A DNA stretch of 62,977 bases, counting the filler, from Aduncisulcus paluster (lineage: Eukaryota), in NCBI GenBank assembly GCA_024181965.1. It is 18 parts of 18 records of this genome, joined end to end, with 100 filler letters (N's around TTAATTAATTAA, not from the genome) between each part and the next. Parts side by side here need not be neighbours in the genome. Positions count along the whole stretch, not along the records: positions 59,348 to 61,120 come from BQXS01011923.1; positions 61,221 to 62,977 come from BQXS01011925.1; 16 more parts are not named here. One strand, given 5' to 3'. A program made the position numbers and the translations under genes. The notes beneath the pieces are model-generated. The model ran no database searches and was not told where the DNA came from. It saw only the letters and a list, made by a program, of their open reading frames with translations. This document shows, one piece after another, positions 59,752 to 62,977 of this stretch (position 1 is its first letter; each line of letters begins with the position of its first letter).

Positions 59752-61120
59752 CTTTCGTGAAATCCCTTGGAGTGTCACTGCCGCTGAACCCTTTATGGCG
59801 GCACTTCTGGCCGTAGTAGCGTCTGTGGCCCAGATGATGGTCGTGCCTCGAGTGGTGATCCTCTGCAATGCCTTTAGGAGAGCCAGGAGTTCCAGAGCTG
59901 TAATATGTAGTCCGTCTTCCGCCTCCAGCGAGAAGCGTTGTTCCGTCTCCGTTTCGTGTTCTCGTATCACGATCCCTATCCCTTCGTATGATGCGTCCGT
60001 CGTGATGGTGAGGCCGGCTGTAGCCGCTCTGAGTGGAAAGGATCCTGCGCTGAGAAGCGAAAGCCATGATTCCGTGCCCTGTCTCCTTATTTCTGATCTG
60101 TGAGAGAAGACGTCTCTCGTCACCGACGCCATCCATGGGGCGATCCTTCCAGCGAAGTTCAACTTTCCTCGAAGAACTCGATCGTGATCGAGGGATCGAT
60201 CCTGGAGTGACCTCTTGAGTGTCCGAATCCTCCCTTCCGAGAGGCCGAGTGACATTTCCTCTGTGTTCATCACCAATCCCAGGTATTCGACCTTCTGCGT
60301 TGGGCCTACTGTCTTGGCCGGGCTGAAAGTCATCCCTAGAGATTCGAGAAAGGCCACCACCCTCGGCATCTGGGAGCGTGCAACGGTTTGTGACGTGAAA
60401 AAGAAAAGGAAATCGTCTAAGTATACGGTTCCCAACCAACCGCGAGCCCGGCAGAGTTTGATAGCCGTCGCCGTGACCGTCTGGAAGACGAACGGGGCGA
60501 GTCTCCCGCCGAAAGGAAGACAGGTGAAAGCGTACGATGTCCCTTCGATCTCCACCCCCAAAAGTTTCCAGTCTCTCTCTGACATTTTCAGCTGGAAGTA
60601 ACCCGACTTGAGATCGAGCTTGTACATCCATGGATGGTGTAGACAGAGTTCTTGGGCCTGCTGGGCAGCTCTCAGAGTAAATCGGATGCGTGGTAGCCTC
60701 ACATTCAGCCCTCTGAGGTCGTGAACAATTCTCGGGACCTTGCTGTCCTTCTTTGGTACTGCGAATAATGGTGAGGTCAGGAGCGGGGATTCGTAAGGGA
60801 TTAGTATACCTTCCCTCAACCATATTTCGACCTGGGCTCGAATGGCTGGTGTTAAGGTGGTGGGTCGAGTAGTTCGGAAAGGGCCACGAGAGGACACTGG
60901 AAGTCTCACACCCCTCCTCAACATCTGTACTACGGCAGCAGGGGCGCCCGCAGCCTGCCAGGCTCTCCACTGTTCTGAGATACAACCCGGTGAGAAAGAG
61001 TTGCTGTACTGTACTGGAGAAAACGGCGGCAGTGGCGACGATGGTAGGGAGGGCTGCATTATAAAGGGCACTTCCCTGGGCCGTGAATCTTTCCACAATC
61101 CTTGCAGATTGTAGACCTCT
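59752..61120 (-). mobile_element. DIRS-type (tyrosine-recombinase retrotransposon) RT-RNase H, truncated
   Basis: SPLFAVPKK..PRIVHDLR.LN, KLDLKSGYFQ, LPFG, VYLDDF, YLGL, TTDAS...HITALEL...ATD. Second same-strand ORF 59714-61096 overlaps it entirely. Confidence 0.85.
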
Positions 61121-61352
61121 NNNNNNNNNNNNNNNNNNNNNNNNNNNNNNNNNNNNNNNNNNNNTTAATTAATTAANNNNNNNNNNNNNNNNNNNNNNNN
61201 NNNNNNNNNNNNNNNNNNNNACTTTTATGATTTAAGGGCGAACCTTGTAAATACTAAGTGTTTTTATTCATTGTTATGTTTTCTAGTAAAGTTTGGTGCC
61301 CACAAAAGTTTTAATTGTATTCTTTTATTTAGGTTATCTGAGTTTGACCACA

Positions 61353-61502
61353 GAGGAATTTCTTGCCGCTATTAAGAAGTTTTTTGGAGCTGGATCTACC
61401 CAGGGCTTTTACGACCAATTAAGACGAATTAAGCTGAAAAAGATGAAAGAACCGGAACTAGTACAATACGTAGCCGCGTATCAAGAAGTAATCGCTTCGA
61501 AC
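61353..61502 (+). mobile_element. Internal gag fragment between an LTR end (CCACA, 61352) and an LTR start (61503)
   Basis: EEFLAAIKKFFGAGSTQGFYDQLRRIKL is homologous to gag 61629 (LNKKFAASTTQAYYDQLKEMKL). Confidence 0.7.
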
Positions 61503-61599
61503 TGTTATGGTGTATCATTCAGCTTTATCGTTTTATTCTCATTTCTATTTTTAGACCGTTTATTCCGTTTCGTTTACAATAAATTGCATTACGGTAACA
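61503..61599 (+). mobile_element. Short 5' LTR (97 bp)
   Basis: TGTTA...TAACA termini, AATAAATTG at 61578-61586, 29 nt before the gag ATG. Confidence 0.7.
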
Positions 61600-61628
61600 G
61601 TTTTAAAACTAGTATTAATACTTAATCG

Positions 61629-62786
61629 ATGCAAAACAATCAGGACATAACAATTCTGCAACCTCCTTTCTTGAAGGACTTTGATTCAAAGAAGTGGTTA
61701 CAATTTCAAAGGGATCTGAAAATCTACGTGGCTAGAGGTGGAACTGCTAATTGGACTACCCTTGTGGAACCAAGCCTGTTAAAAACCTTGCGATTAACGG
61801 CTAGGATTGGCGAAGAAGCGACCCCGGAAGAGTTGCATGAAGCACTGAACAAGAAGTTTGCCGCGTCCACGACCCAGGCTTATTATGACCAATTAAAAGA
61901 AATGAAACTTGAGGTTCTGACTCCGACCGCTCTGGTGAAGTACACTGCCGACTTCCAGGAGATTGTGGACCGTCATCCAGACTTTGGTGATGATGAGCAT
62001 GTGGCTGCGATGTTTTTACGAGGATTAAAGATTCCCCGTCTTTCGGAGCGGACTCGATCTGAAGTTGACACGGCTGGAAAGAAGAGTGACCTCGAATTCG
62101 TAATTCAACAAACATTCACTGAACTGGAAGAAATGGTTGCCATAAAAGACGAGGTTCTCAAATATTCCAAGTCTTTCGGATTAAGCGTCCGTCAATTCAA
62201 ACCCTCCTGGACTGGAGGCAAGCGTAGACGTGCCGAGGAACCCCTAGATAGGAAACCGATTAGATGCCATCGATGTGGCAAACTTGGGCACAAGGCTGCA
62301 AATTGTAGAAGCTTACCCGACAAACCTTCACAATCCACTAAAACAACATCAAACGAAAAGAGACATTCCTTCACCAAGTCAACAGGGAATAAAAACTTTT
62401 CGGTCTATCTGGCGTTATGCTTAAACGAATTTGAGAAAGGTTTTGACACCCCTGGACTGGTAGACACTGGTTCTGAGCTCAACATAATGAGTCGGGAACT
62501 GTGGGAAATGTTGGATCCAAAAGGTAAGATAGAAAAAGAGATAACAGATATTATTTTGGAACTCGCCGATGGATCAACTCGGAAAGTATCCGAGAGAGTT
62601 AGGATACTGGTGAAAATGGTTGGAGCGATGGATAAGCAAATTGAATTCTGGGCAGATTTCATTTTGCTAGACATTAAATCAGAAGCCAGACATAAAGTAA
62701 TAATTGGTTCGGAAACTGCTTCAAATGTTGGTTTGATAGACCTGACATTACCAATTAAGACTGATAAATATTGTTGGATCGGATGA
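61629..62786 (+). mobile_element. Ty3/gypsy gag-zinc knuckle-protease, truncated by an LTR-like insertion at 62772
   Basis: PPFLKDF...W.QF...Y..GG, CHRCGKLGHKAANC, LVDTGS, LADG, IIG motifs. Confidence 0.92.
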
Positions 62787-62854
62787 TTCAACTTAAATCA
62801 AGTAAATTTGCTAGCCCAAAGGATTTGCTACCCTTTGAATTGATCAGATTAACA
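62772..62854 (+). mobile_element. Candidate short LTR (83 bp) with 20-bp palindrome over its 3' end
   Basis: TGTT...TAACA termini, AGTAAATTTGCTAGCC motif, interrupts the pol frame right after protease. Confidence 0.5.
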
Positions 62855-62977
62855 ATAATTATTGTTAAAATTAATATTTTAAATTTGATTTTAGAATTTT
62901 GTTAACTCTTTTATGCCGGTATTCCATTCCCCGCCCAACAAGCAGCCTGGCGGGACTGCCCCAACTTTAATTCAATA

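Noticed and set aside
62772..62940. Solo LTR TGTTGG...CCAACA
   Set aside because: No target-site duplication (AATAT versus AGCAG). The shorter end at 62854 fits the shared motif pattern better.

Overview
This window is not one locus. It joins about 18 short contigs or scaffolds with an artificial N44-TTAATTAATTAA-N44 linker, and six internal 20-N gaps have falsely duplicated flanks. Most of the DNA is from an AT-rich, intron-poor anaerobic protist. The Giardia-type ornithine carbamoyltransferase (SLRT, DSWMSY, NCLP), class II aldolase, GTATGT-donor introns and LRR/EGF surface proteins point to a fornicate metamonad, probably a Carpediemonas-like organism such as Aduncisulcus (inference). One contig (5238-6515) looks bacterial (PTS EIIC-EAL). 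Host genes include SCAPER-like, FBA-II, Sds3-like, RNase H2C, OTC, SURF6, a kexin-like protease, a NagB-II-type PIG-L deacetylase, glutathione synthetase, COPB2, C2CD5, WD40, DENND6 and START proteins. Roughly a quarter to a third of the sequence is nested transposon debris: chromodomain Ty3/gypsy elements, a DIRS-type RT with a fully overlapping ORF, an RLE non-LTR element and hAT-like transposases. Two recurring LTR features stand out. First, two unrelated LTRs each carry a sense-strand tRNA-derived Pol III cassette (A box, B box, oligo-T). Second, each recognisable 5' LTR/gag leader has a perfect 12-20 bp palindrome abutting the LTR end instead of a tRNA primer-binding site.
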